Source of the DNA: Eledone cirrhosa
Taxonomy: Eukaryota
Direction of reading: 5' to 3'
Assembly (NCBI GenBank): GCA_964016885.1
Contig: OZ024745.1
Span: 95,480,001-95,544,000, forward strand
Length of the DNA stretch: 64,000 nucleotides
This document shows, in pieces, positions 26,190 through 39,655 of this stretch. Position numbers and translations under genes: made by a program. Positions within the stretch are counted from its first letter, which is position 1. The number at the start of each line of letters is the position of its first letter. The notes below the pieces were generated by a model. It did not search any database, was not told where the DNA came from, and saw only the letters and a program-made list of their open reading frames with translations.

Positions 26190-27787
26190 AATGCTATTTT
26201 ACGGCTGGATATCCTTTCTGCTGCCAACTCTTTTAGCTGTCTCTTACAATGAAAATCATCAGAATCATACATATTTCAGTAAATTATAAATTGACATTTC
26301 CTCAGTAGGAAGATAATGATAATATTGCAAATAAAACAGAGCAGACAATTAAAAATAAAACAATAAGAACACTTAAATCAAATGATTTGAAATATACTAA
26401 CTTTCCATAAAAATTAAGAAAATTATAGACTAAAAAATTAATTCCTCTAGTTATATCCAACTGAAATGTTGATCATTTGAAGAAATTAATAAATAAAACG
26501 ATTTTAAAAAGTGTATATTGTTTCATGTTTTATATGACAGAACTGAATATTGCAATATTGGGGTTAATACCTGACTGACTGGGTTTTTATTATAAAAACC
26601 AAATTTTAATGAATTTATAAATACGAGAAAAAGATTTACACTTGACTGCATTTTATGTTAATACTCGGCTGTTTGGAGTGGAACCAACTTTCTTGGAGGC
26701 TATAAATATTTAATTTTCAATTGACCAAAATTGATAAACAAAAATGAAAATGTTAATTTCACAACAGCTACGAGATAATGATACTGTGATGATATAATTT
26801 ATAACTGAGAGGTCAGTGGTTTCTTATATATAACCCACCAATTAGCATTAAGCCTCTTAGCAAAATAAATCTAAATTCATAACAATAACAAATTATTTTT
26901 CAAATCCACACCAGACCAAGTCTATAATATATTTGTCTGTTAACAGAGTCATCATCATCACCGTTTAATGTCCATTCTTCCACACTAACACGGGTTCATG
27001 CTATTTTATATTGGCAAAGTTGAACTGTAATTTTTCTGTATAGTTTTGTCAGGAGGTTTGGCAGTGCCCATGACCCTTTTCAGTACCTCCAAGACTGGTG
27101 CAAGGATGGTAAGAAATTAACCTCAAACCAGATATATAGCCTATATGTTTGCAACAGAGTGGACTGTTAAATACACAAGGACCAAGCAGTGGCATTAAAC
27201 TGGGTAATTGATTAAGTCTGACACTCAAGTAAGGCATGGTGGGATTTGAACTTGATATACAAAGAGCTGGAACAAATTCTATTTAATGCTCTAATGACTC
27301 CACCAGTTCAATGCTATAAACTGGTACTTTATTTACCAAACGTGGAAGAATGAATAGCAAAGATGACCATTATAGGATTTGAAGTTAGAAGATAAGAAAA
27401 ATTTATAAATCAGACAAAAAACTTCCTCTGATGCTCTATTGCTTCAGTTAATTTGCTGCCTAACAATTTCAGGCAATTCAAATCTTCAATATCCTCATCA
27501 TCATCCAACATCTGTTTTCTCTCCTAGAAAGGATTGGACAAATCATCAGAGACCAGATCAGCACTTAATTAGAACCACTGCTCTCGCAGAATAGCCCCAA
27601 CCCATCCCATTTACATACATTCCTGCACTCTTCTGAGTGAAGAATGCATGTAATCATAACACTAGCACTGGCAAGGTCATCATGTCTTTGACACAACTGA
27701 GAGTCCTCTCTACCTTTTGTTTGGCAAGTTTTCTGCAGCTGGATGTCCTTGCTATCACCAAACACTTTACATTATACATACATATAG

Positions 27788-27981
27788 ATACTTGGGGTAG
27801 TAGAGTGGGTAATATGAACAATTCGGGCTGAGCTCCTGCCGTTACAATAGCTAGCTGTTGAAAGAGCAGGAGCTCAGCCGTCGGGGTCCCAAATTGCTCA
27901 TATTACCCATGCTACTAACCCAAGTATTGGGTACTTTGGTGAATAATGGTCTAACTAGTTTTTACTGCATCTATTCTGATT
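27788..27981 (+). repeat. Palindromic Penelope-like end (same family as 52900 and 58866)
   Basis: ATACTTGGGGTAGTAGAGTGGGTAATATGA...GGCTGAGCTC...GAGCTCAGCCGTCGGGGTC...TCATATTACCCA...CCCAAGTAT, next to TA repeats. Confidence 0.75.
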
Positions 27982-28135
27982 TATATATATATATATACAC
28001 ACTCTGCAAATACAGGTGCCTTAAACCTGGAGCACAACCTAACGAGAGACGGACAGCAGTGTAACCAAGAGCAAAGAAAATGCTTTGTTGAATCTGATTA
28101 ATATGAACCAAAAAATTATTTTATATATTCAGTGT

Positions 28136-29583
28136 TTAACCCTTTAGCATTTACATTGCATCTGGGAAATGGCCATGCTCAGTGTGTAAGAAAGGAGTAG
28201 GTAGAAATTCCATTTTATGTCCCAAATGCAAACTATGGGTACATAAAAGATGTAGTGGGATCACAAGCAAGCTATCTAAGAATGTAGATTTTATATGTGG
28301 CCGATGCTCAGGTGCAATAAGTAGCAGGTGCCCACAGGATACTAGCTCCTTCTACTGCCCAGATGGTTCTATAGAAATAGTGGACACTTTCCGTTACCTG
28401 GGTGACAAAATCAGCAGTGGTGGAGGGTGCTCTGAAAGTACAGTAGCCAGAATTAGAACGAGATGGAAAAAGTTCAGAGAGCTTATACTGCTGTTGGCCA
28501 CAAAAGGTTTCTCTCTAAAAATGAAAGGCAGATTGTATGATGCTTGTATACGACTGGCAATGTTACATGGCAGTGAGACAAGGCATTGCGTGCAGAGGAC
28601 CTGCGCAGACTGGAAAGGAATGAAGCATGCATGCTCCGTTGGATGTGTAATACACGAACGGCTAAACATAAACGAACTAAGTGAGAAATTAAGAATAAGA
28701 GGGATAAGATGCTGTTTACTTGAGAGAAGATTACGTTGGTAAGGTCACATGATGCACATGAAAGATGACAGCTGTATAAAAAATTGCAGGGCGATCAAAA
28801 TTGATGGAAGTTATGAAGTAGGTAAACCCAGAAAAACCTGGGACGACTTGATAAATTCTTACCTTGCACACTTGCACTTCTCTAAGACAATGTCACTGGA
28901 CCGAGATCTTTGGCGCTGTGCAGTAATACAGAAGACCCGCGTTCCCTACGTGCAAAGTTAACCTACAGTCAGTAGGCCTCTCCAAACCAAACATACTTCC
29001 AAACTCACTACCCCTACTCAACCCTTTCTCTATAAAGTTATGTTGGTACCACAACATCCAGCCCAAACTAATGGGGTTGTGTAGGTGTCATGACAAAAAA
29101 AAAAGAAAAGAGAAAAAAAAAAGGGAGAAAGAAAAAAGAAGGAAGAGAAAAAAAAACAGTCCACGTTGTAATGTAGTCATTTAGGTAACACGGTAAAAAG
29201 CTCCCAGTCCACACTGTAAATGTGGTTGGTGTTAGGAAGGGAATCCAACCGTAGAAAACCAGCCAGAATCAGTCCTATACGAACGAGACATGGTCACCCG
29301 ACCAATCTTACCTCAAATGGGACAATTCCCGTCTAACCCATGCTAGCGTGGAAGATAGACATTAAATGATGATGATGATGATAATGATGATTGCTCTATA
29401 TATACTAGTATATTTTCATGGTAAAAGCTTTATCTCATATAATTATCTCACATAATATCGAATCTATGAGATTTTGATATTATTTATTAAAATAAATATG
29501 AGTGGCCAGTTACAGCCAGTTTGAACAGAAAGAGGTGAGAGAATTCTGGCCGGATATGGCTGGTTTAAATGCTAAAGGGTTAA
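28136..29583 (+). mobile_element. piggyBac-like MITE split by a LINE insertion
   Basis: Left TIR at 28136; the MITE body resumes at 29390 and ends TAAATGCTAAAGGGTTAA. Confidence 0.85.
28160..29389 (+). mobile_element. 5'-truncated RTE LINE with PHD-like finger
   Basis: ORF 28182-28742 (CKKGVGRNSILCPKCKLWVHKRC...FRYLGDKISSGGGC...) plus (GAT)n tail; TSD ATTGC at 28155-28159 and 29390-29394. Confidence 0.92.
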
Positions 29584-31560
29584 GACCTAACACACATTTG
29601 AGCCTCATACTATGGTTTCAAATTCTATTTTAGACTAAATTAATTCAGCTAACATTAGCCTTGTAATATTTCTAATGAAATACACTACCTAAGTGATTCA
29701 ATTAATTTTGAAATTATTTCAAGATTTTGAAAAATTTGATATAATATAAGCAAGTACTTTATTAGTAAGCTGGTATTTAGAACATTACTTAACAAAAATT
29801 TCTAAAATAAATTATGATAGAAGATTTTACTATAAGGATAAATATTTAAAAATGAACAGTTTTGTATCATTAAACCCTGTGATTTTAGGTAGTTTGGTAT
29901 TAAGAGGGTTAACAATACCAATTACTAAATACTTCATACATTTACACTTATACTCACTACATACAATTTGGTTAATATTGCCTCCTTAAGAGAAACATGT
30001 CACCAAGATACGGAGGAAATGTAACATAACAGCATACAACTTCTAATCTCAACCACAATTATTTTTAGTTGCTATAAAACATGTAAATAATGGTTTCTGA
30101 TTTAGGCATAAAGCCAACAATTTTGGGGGAGGAGAAAGTCAATTAGATCGACTCCAGTGTGATACTGGAACTTTATTTTATTGATCACGTAAGGATGAAC
30201 AGCAAAGCTAACCTCAGCGGGATATGAACACAGAATGTAAAGGGCCATAAACTCGATGCTGCAAGGCATGATGCGAATCAAGTCCTCTGAACTGATCTCT
30301 CACAAAGGCACTGCCCGTTCTACCCATGCTAGTGTGGAAAATGGGCATTAAACACTGATGATGATGATGATGATGATGATGATAGAATAAAAATACCCAT
30401 CGGGAGGACCTACTAAAAGTTTACATCAATTGACCCTTTAGCATTTATTCTATATTTACTATTGTTTTCCTGGTGAAGGCTTTACCACACATAATAATGA
30501 GATACTGATATTATTTATTTTGAGAACAATACCTTAATATCAGTATGATTGACTGGTTACAGCTGGTTAGAACAAAAAGAGGTGAGAGAATTCTGGCCGG
30601 ATATAGCCAGTTTAAATTCTAAAGGGTTAATGAAATGATATAAAAAAAAAAATGGTTATAGCCACCACCCACCTCTTTCCTGCCTCTTATAAGGTTTAGG
30701 AATACAAGAAGAATATTTATATATGAGTGAATAATAATAATTGTTTCTACTTTTGGTACAAGGCCAGCAATTATCCCAGTGTATTACTGGTGCTTTAGTT
30801 TATCGAACCTGTAAGGATGAAAGGCAAAGCTAATCTTGGCGGGATTTGAACTTAGAATGTAAAGGGCCATAACTCTATGCTGCAAAGCATGGTGTCTGAC
30901 GCTCTACTGATACTGCCAATCCACTGCCAAGAAAATAATGGAGTTTAGTTGATCTCAAAATAGAAGTCAAATCTCCCTTAAACTACACCTTTTATTGTCT
31001 CAAAAACAAAAGGATACATTAGATAATGTAGTCCTAGATATACAAAAGATAGGATGGACATGGTTAAATACCATTTACCATAGACCAGTTTGACCAAGAA
31101 TGATGTGGCTAAAAGCACAATAGCTATTGCAATATGATCTGTCTGCAAATAAAATACAAATTATCTTGCTTGAAAATGATAATGTGAAAGCACCACTGAA
31201 AGTTATCTAATTTTTTTTTTTTGGTAAATTTTTCATAAAATATTACTAGTGACTTACTTACAGGTAGGGTGGCTGTTGCAGTGGGTGTTGCTGGTTATTG
31301 TCTGCAGAATGCTTTTGAAGTTTTATCCACGGGGAGCAACCCCGATACCACCACACCCTAGGCCAAGAGCCCATCACCCTCCCCATCCCCATCTCATTCC
31401 CATTCTTCTGTGACCCTAGAGCCCCTGCCTTTCCCTTCCTTTTCAGTTTTTCTAACCCCAAAAGACTCTAGAATTTTTTTTACAACAAAACATTTTTTGT
31501 ATTTTTATGTTTTCTATGTGCAATAAAAATATTTCCAAAAAATTTGTGGCTGATTATAAC

Positions 31561-31731
31561 TACCGTATTTCCCGGCGTCAAAGAAGCTACTTTTTTCCTA
31601 AAATAAGTCTCAAAAATCTACCATGCGTCCTGGAGGCTGAAGGTTTTTTATTATTTTTTTCAAATTTTTGTTTGTCAAAATTAGGGTGCGTCCTCAAGGA
31701 CGAAGAGTCTTCAGCGCCAGGAAATAAGGTA
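31561..31731. mobile_element. Tc1/mariner(pogo)-like MITE (duplicate at 34386-34539)
   Basis: TA-CCGTATTTCCCGGCG ... CGCCAGGAAATAAGG-TA inverted termini. Confidence 0.7.
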
Positions 31732-32833
31732 ATTTATGAAACAAAAATGATTCCCTTACCAAATCAATAATGAGAATTAAGCAGAGAATCTGGAAGTAAC
31801 AAACATCTTTTAAGATTTCATGCTAAAATTTCTGAATATGCTGAACTATTTATCAGTTAGAAAATGTTTAAGAAATCCTATATCCTTTCTGTTTTAGTAT
31901 TTTGGGAATAGATAAAGAAAGTTTTACTTACAAGAAGCAGCTTATTAATTTTAGAGTTTTACTGTGAAAATAGACAATTTAAAAGGGATCATTCCAGCTT
32001 AGTAGAAATACAGTATAGTTATCTCATTTTAGAGGATTGTCTAATATTCAGCTACTTTTGTGAACATATTGAAAGTAGATTAGATGCTCAAATATCTGGC
32101 TAATATTCAAATATATTTTCACAAACATTTTCCTTAACAATATTATCAACAGCTTTTCAGGTCCATTTTCTGTCTGGATAGGCTGGCTAATTCAGTCCAC
32201 AATGACTATTTGTCCTTTGCCAATTTTGGCTTCAGTAAAGTGACATGGATAAGTGGTTAGGGTGTTGAACAACCAATTCAGAAATTATTATTTCAAATTT
32301 ATTGAAGGCATCTCATTGTGTATTTTGGTAGTAAACTTAATTATACATATCATAGCTCATCTAGCTGTTGGGAAGAGAGGATTAGATCACTAAGGAAGAT
32401 CAGTGTACTCACCAAAAAGAAAATTGTATATCAGCCCCTTATTACCATAACACCAAGGCCAGGCAAAGGTCCTTGGAAAAACCCCATTTTTGCGTTAGAA
32501 AACTTTCCATTTAAAATTTTAGCTTCAGGACAATTTCTTATTGTTATAGAGATACTAAATATCGAAACCTTTTCCTATCTCAAAAAAAAACCTTGCCATC
32601 ATTTTACTTTTATTCACTGTACTGTTTTCTCCAGTATTGATTAGGTCATCAAAATAATAGAAATTCACTGCATCAGTAGATCTCAACCAGATTATTCTTT
32701 TTATTATATCAACCAAATACATTGACAACATATTGTTGCTTTATCATGATGCAAATTACTTATGGACATCTTCTAAAGTTACCTAACGACAAATATTCAA
32801 ACTCTTTCAACCAAACTTCAAACAAGAAAAGTA

Positions 32834-33058
32834 GTTAGCATTTAAACCGGCCATATCCAGCCAGAATTCTCTCACCTCTTTCTGTTTAAACTGGCTGTAA
32901 CTGTCCACTCATACTAATGTTAAGGTATTGTTCTCAAAATAAATATTATCAAACTCTCATCGATTCAATATTATACGAGATATTATGTAAGATAAAGCCT
33001 TTACCATGAAAATACAATAGTATATATACAGAGAATAAAGTAAATGCTAAAGGGTTAA
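32834..33058 (-). mobile_element. piggyBac-like MITE family 1, reverse orientation (duplicate at about 35644-35867)
   Basis: Reverse complement of the MITE body, ending GTAAATGCTAAAGGGTTAA. Confidence 0.8.
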
Positions 33059-36000
33059 ATAAAATATTATTTTTCAATTGTTTATTTTAGTTCCATGCTT
33101 CCACTACCCTTCAGGTACAGCTCAGTGTACTTCGGATACGTGCAATATTTTGTTTTTGTTTTCTTATCAGGATTTCACAGTAGTTTCCCTTTCACACAGA
33201 TTGTGATTTCCTGTTTTTGTAAGGAGTCCAACAATATTTCTATGTCAAAATATAGTTTAACCCTTTAGCATTTACATTACTCTATAAATACTATTATATT
33301 TTCATGGTAAAGGCTTTATCTCACATAATATCGAATCTATGAAATTTTGGTATTATTTATTTTGACAAAAATACCTTAACATCAATATGAGCGGTTAGTT
33401 ATGGCCAGTTAGAACAGAAAAAGGTGAGAGAATTCTGGCAGGATATGGCCAGTTTAAATTCTAAAGGGTTAATGAAATGATATAAAAAAAAATGGTTATA
33501 GCCACCATCCACCTCTTTCCTGCCTCTTATAAGGTTTAGGAATACATGAAGAATATTTATATATGAGTGAATAATAATAATTGTTTCTACTTTTGGTACA
33601 AGGCCAGCAATTATCCCAGTGTATTACTGGTGCTTTAGTTTATCGAACCTGTAAGGATGAAAGGCAAAGCTAATCTTGGCGGGATTTGAACTTAGAATGT
33701 AAAGGGCCATAACTCTATGCTGCAAAGCATGGTGTCTGACGCTCTACTGATACTGCCAATCCACTGCGAAGAAAATAATGGAGTTTAGTTGATCTCAAAA
33801 TAGAAGTCAAATCTCCCTTAAACTACACCTTTTATTGTCTCAAAAACAAAAGGATACATTAGATAATGTAGTCCTAGATATACAAAAGATAGGATGGACA
33901 TGGTTAAATACCATTTACCATAGACCAGTTTGACCAAGAATGATGTGGCTAAAAGCACAATAGCTGTCTGCAAATAAAATACAAATTATCTTGCTTGAAA
34001 ATGATAATGTGAAAGCACCACTGAAAGTTATCTAATTTTTTTTTTTTGGTAAATTTTTCATAAAATATTACTAGTGACTTACTTACAGGTAGGGTGGCTG
34101 TTGCAGTGGGTGTTGCTGGTTATTGTCTGCAGAATGCTTTTGAAGTTTTATCCACGGGGTGCAACCCCGATACCACCACACCCTAGGCCAAGAGCCCATC
34201 ACCCTCCCCATCCCCATCTCATTCCCATTCTTCTGTGACCCTAGAGCCCTTGCCTTTCCCTTCCTTTTAAGTTTTTCTAACCCCAAAAGACTCTAGCATT
34301 TATTTTACAACAAAACATTTTTTGTATTTTTATGTTTTCTATGTGCAATAAAAATATTTCCAAAAAATTTGTGGCTGATTATAACTACCGTATTTCCCGG
34401 CGTCAAAGAAGCTACTTTTTTCCTAAAATAAGTCTCAAAAATCTACCATGCGTCCTGGAGGCTGAAGGTTTTTTATTATTTTTTTCAAATTTTTGTTTGT
34501 CAAAATTAGGGTGCGTCTTCAGTGCCAGGAAATAAGGTAATTTATGAAACAAAAATGATTCCCTTACCAAATCAATAATGAGAATTAAGCAGAGAATCTG
34601 GAAGTAACAAACATCTTTTAAGATTTCATGCTAAAATTTCTGAATATGCTGAACTATTTATCAGTTAGAAAATGTTTAAGAAATCCTATATCCTTTCTGT
34701 TTTAGTATTTTGGGAATAGATAAGGAAAGTTTTACTTACAAGAAGCAGCTTATTAATTTTAGAGTTTTACTGTGAAAATAGACAATTTAAAAGGGATCAT
34801 TCCAGCTTAGTAGAAATACAGTATAGTTATCTCATTTTAGAGGATTGTCTAATATTCAGCTACTTTTGTGAACATATTGAAAGTAGATTAGATGCTCAAA
34901 TATCTGGCTAATATTCAAATATATTTCCACAAACATTTTCCTTAACAATATTATCAACAGCTTTTCAGGTCCATTTTCTGTCTGGATAGGCTGGCTAATT
35001 CAGTCCACAATGACTATTTGTCCTTTGCCAATTTTGGCTTCAGTAAAGTGACATGGATAAGTGGTTAGGGTGTTGAACAACCAATTCAGAAATTATTATT
35101 TCAAATTTATTGAAGGCATCTCATTGTGTATTTTGGTAGTAAACTTAATTATACATATCATAGCTCATCTAGCTGTTGGGAAGAGAGGATTAGATCACTA
35201 AGGAAGATCAGTGTACTCACCAAAAAGAAAATTGTATATCAGCCCCTTATTACCATAACACCAAGGCCAGGCAAATGTCCTTGGAAAAACCCCATTTTTG
35301 CGTTATAAAACTTTCCATTTAAAATTGTAGCTTCAGGACAATTTCTTATTTGTTATAGAGATACTAAATATCTAAACCTTTTCCTGTCTCAAAAAAAAAC
35401 CTTGCCATCATTTTACTTTTATTCGCTGTACTGTTTTCTCCAGTATTGATTAGGTCATCAAAATAATAGAAATTCACTGTATCAGTAGATCTCAACCAGA
35501 TTATTCTTTTTATTATATCAACCAAATACATTGACAACATATTGTTGCTTTATCATGATGCAAATTACTTATGGACATCTTCTAAAGTTACCTAACGACA
35601 AATATTCAAACTCTTTCAACCAAACTTCAAACAAGAAAAGTAGTTAGCATTTAAACCGGCCATATCCAGCCAGAATTCTCTCACCTCTTTCTGTTTAAAC
35701 TGGCTGTAACTGTCCACTCATACTAATGTTAAGGTATGGTTCTCAAAATAAATATTATCAAACTCTTATCGATTCAATATTATACGAGATATTATGTAAG
35801 ATAAAGCCTTTACCATGAAAATACAATAGTATATATACAGAGAATAAAGTAAATGCTAAAGGGTTAAATAAAATATTATTTTTCAATTGTTTATTTTAGT
35901 TCCATGCTTCCACTACCCTTCAGGTACAGCTCAGTGTACTTCGGATACGTGCAATATTTTGTTTTTGTTTTCTTATCAGGATTTCACAGTAGTTTCCCTT

Positions 36001-36712
36001 TCACACAGATTGTGATTTCCTGTTTTTGTAAGGAGTCCAACAATATTTCTATGTCAAAATATAGTTTAACCCTTTAGCATTTACATTACTCTATAAATAC
36101 TATTATATTTTCATGGTAAAGGCTTTATCTCACATAATATCGAATCTATGAAATTTTGGAATTATTTATTTTGACAAAAATACCTTAACATCAATATGAG
36201 CGGTTAGTTATGGCCAGTTAGAACAGAAAAAGGTGAGAGAATTCTGGCTGATATGGCCAGTTTAAATGCTAAAGGGTTAAGGCTACCATCTATAAGGATG
36301 GCAATTTAAAACAATCCTCCCTTTGCAGAAAAATAAAAATATCTCAGCTTTAACACCAAACATTGTACACACACACATATATGTGTGTGTATACACAGAA
36401 CAGATGTAACTAAGACTGTGCAAATGTGTATATGAATTTGCACATTTTTTGTATATAGACATGTAAACATGCTGAACTGGTTAAAGGTGTTTATCACTTT
36501 TTCAATTTACAGGAAAATACGCATATTTAGCATGTTTACATATCTATATCCTCTAAATGTACACATATATTTACACATTTACGCAGTTACAGTTACTTAA
36601 GTTCTGTATATATATATATATACAGATATAACTTTATCATATACTTCGACTGCTTAGTGCACAACTTAATATAAATATAGTCTTCAAATTTATTATTATT
36701 ATTATTATATAA

Positions 36713-36905
36713 GGGCGGTGAATTGGCAGTATCGGTAGAGGGTCGGACGCCATGCTTTGACGCATAGAGTTACAGCCCTTGCCATTCTGAGTTCAAATCC
36801 CGGCGAGGTTAACTTTGTCTTTCATCCTTGCGGGGTCGATAAAATAAAGTACCAGTAATAACTGGGCAATTGCTGGCCTTGTGCCAAAAGTAGAAACAAT
36901 TATTA
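36713..36905 (+). mobile_element. Full-length tRNA-derived SINE with Nin/Deu-like domain
   Basis: GGCGGTGAATTGGCAGTATCGGTAGAG (A box)...GAGTTCAAATCC (B box)...CTTTCATCCTTGCGGGGTCGATAAAATAAAGTACCAG...AGTAGAAACAA(TTA)n. Confidence 0.85.
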
Positions 36906-37286
36906 TTATTATATATATATATATATATTTATTACTAGAACAGACTAAAGTTTAAGCAAAAACATTTCTGCTTTCACCCCATAAGGAATCTTCTGAAACT
37001 GAGAAAAACCAATCTGTAGATGCAGATATTTGCTCTACGGGTTTATATATACTTATATATATATATACCGATATATTTATATATATACAATCCTTATCGA
37101 GCCTCTTTGGATTTTGATATTTGTATTTATTATTACTATATATATATTATATAGAAATAACTTCTTCAAGTTGTAGTGCACCTGAGCACTGTACACAATA
37201 ATTTCATTATTATTATTAGGATCAAGACAACAACTGTTTCATTTGACTGTGGATTTTTCTGATCCCCTTCAGAAAACCATCCTTAA

Positions 37287-37328
<42 letters not shown>

Positions 37329-37339
37329 CTGTCATCTTC

Positions 37340-37560
37340 CAAACAAATCATGGACACATGATGTGAATGGAAGGTGACAGGTGTATAAAGAAATGCAGAG
37401 AAATCTCCATGGATTAGACTGATGTAAGAAATAGAGCTAGGAAGACATGGGATAAAGTAGTGAAGATCAACTTTAAGAAGCTGAATCTTGCAACAGAGAT
37501 GACAATGGACTGTAAGGATTGGCAACATGCAGCGCTGGAGAAAACTAACCTGCCAACATA
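37340..37560 (+). mobile_element. Old RTE LINE 3' fragment
   Basis: HGHMM*MEGDRCIKKCREI...RARKTWDKVVK...EMTMDCKDWQHAALEKT, homologous to the younger RTE copies. Confidence 0.7.
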
Positions 37561-39565
37561 AATATGTGAACCTCTTGCCTCACAGTTTCTCCTTAGAAAC
37601 TACTCTAACCATCGTTGCACACCTTCCTCTATACCCAAGATTTGCCCCGCCGCCTTACACCCGTGACATATTCTTTCACAACTTGAACCCTATACACCTA
37701 TCATAAACTTATTTCTTGTCCTTTACCCATGATATACCTTCCATCCTTCTTGCCTACCTCTCCTTACCCCCACCCTCCATAGGAGGATGGAAATAGGATA
37801 ATGGAGGCACACTCTGTAAAAAGGATTGTATTAGGAAGAGCTTCCAACTATAGAAACTATGGCAAAAAGAGTAGAAAGACCCTTCAATCATGACATGATA
37901 ACCCCTCTAATGCTGGTGCAAAAAAAAAAACAAAAAAAAACAAATGCACCCAGTACACTCTGTCAGGAGATAGGAATCGCATCCTCTCTGTAGAAATCAT
38001 GACAAAAAAGGGTTTAGTAGTCATTTCTATGGTGTCAAAGACACAACAATTTCTCAAGTGTTGGTGATCTACAAGATAAATGCACCTAGTTTGCTCTGTG
38101 AATTAGTTGGTGATAGGAAGGGCATCCGATCAGAGAAAATCTTCCAAATAAATGACTTGGAGGACTTTTCACAAATATATAGCAACCTCTCTTGTGCTAA
38201 AAATAAAGTCTGTCTCGAGGCCAGTGCTTATCCTAGTTTCCATGGCATTAAGCAACTGAGTGTATAAGACTCCGCCTCATTGGACAGTAAGCCCCAGTAT
38301 ATTGCAGGTTTAAAGCCCCAGCTATTGCTGTTACTCATATTCAGTTGAGTCTACTGGAACATGAAATGAAGTGTTTTGCTTAAGAACACAACACACATCC
38401 CAGTCCATGAATTGAACCCACAACAATATGAACGTAAGTTCAACACACAACTAAACCTTCACTCTAGTGCTGGTGCCACAAGAAAATACATCTGGTGTAC
38501 TCTAGTGTGTGGGAATGTATATTAGTGAGATTCTGCTCCCAGCCAGTTTGAGAATTCAAACATTAAATGATGATGACGATGATATATATATATATATATC
38601 ATCATCATCATCGTTTTTACATCTACTTTTCCATGCTTGCATGGGTTTGATGAGTCCTTCTCAGCATAGGGTTGGGAGGACCTTTCAATCATGTCAAAGA
38701 CATGACAATCTCCCTAGTATTGGTGATCTACACAATAAATGCATCCACCCAGTACACACCGTAAAGTGATTGGTGATAAGAAGGGCATCCAACTGTAGAA
38801 AGCTTGCCAAACAAAGGGTTGGGAGGGCCCTTTCAGTTTCATCAAAGACATGACAACCTCTTCTGTGCACACAATAGAACATAATACCATATGTAGGTGA
38901 AATGCAGACCCCTCTGGTCTGTTTGGGAAGCCAGTAGCCCTGCATCAGTACTGATTGGTCTATGTAGACCCATCCAACCCTTGATAGCAGGGAAAGCAAA
39001 CATTAAATGATGATGATGATGATACTCTCTTTTTCATTCACTCTCTCAGTCACATACATTTGCCTTGAATGAATAGAGACAATGTAGAGTATAGGGGTGA
39101 AAGCAAACTCTCAAATGCTGGTCCTATCAAAAATGAATCCAGTAGACTTTTGTAAAGTGGTTGAGGTTGTGAAGTGTGCCAAACAATAGTAACCATGCCA
39201 AAATGGAGCACACAAGGAAGATGTGGTACCTTGGTCCAGTGTAAGAGAGCAGTGACTCAAGAACTGGCTTGAACAATGATGACTTGTCCATCCCATGCTA
39301 GCATGAAATGTGGATGTACAAGAAAGAAATGATTTATGTGTGCGTGTGTGTGCAAGTAAAAACTTGATTTATTTTGAAGTTAAAATATCTTTAGTGGTTA
39401 TTAAAAAGAAATGAATAGAATCTGAATTTAAATCTATTACTTTATTCTATAGCCCCTGGGTGAAAAGGTTGACTCTATGTCCATGTAACACTTTGAAAAT
39501 AGAAACTAAGAAAACTAAGAAAAATTCTAAAAGCGACCACAGGAAAAATGAATCAGTTTTCTTAC

Positions 39566-39655
39566 CTTATTCTCATCGAAGACATTGAAGACAAATGCAG
39601 CGAATTTGCTAGGATCTCCAAATGGGAAAAACTGACGATATATTTTTGTAAATCC
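39566..39655 (-). CDS. NCS1: NCS-1/frequenin homologue, internal coding exon ([30 protein letters not shown])
   Basis: 90-nt exon on the minus strand, acceptor ...ctatttcag, donor gtaag. Translation closely matches human NCS-1 [30 protein letters not shown] (recalled sequence). Phase 0/0. Confidence 0.95.

Larger units (their letters stand above)
30430..36280. repeat. About 2.8-kb tandem duplication bounded by three MITE copies (30430-30630, 33257-33472, 36066-36280)
   Basis: 30631-33256 and 33473-36065 are near-identical (duplicated ORF-track peptides, offsets about 2810-2840). Confidence 0.95.

Noticed and set aside
31258-31461. Duplicated 67-aa ORF (also 34083-34286)
   Set aside because: Lies in the tandem duplication and overlaps what looks like a decayed CRE-like 3' end on the opposite strand; no recognisable protein.
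36713-36810. tRNA genes
   Set aside because: A/B boxes belong to SINE heads; no cloverleaf, and each continues into the SINE body.
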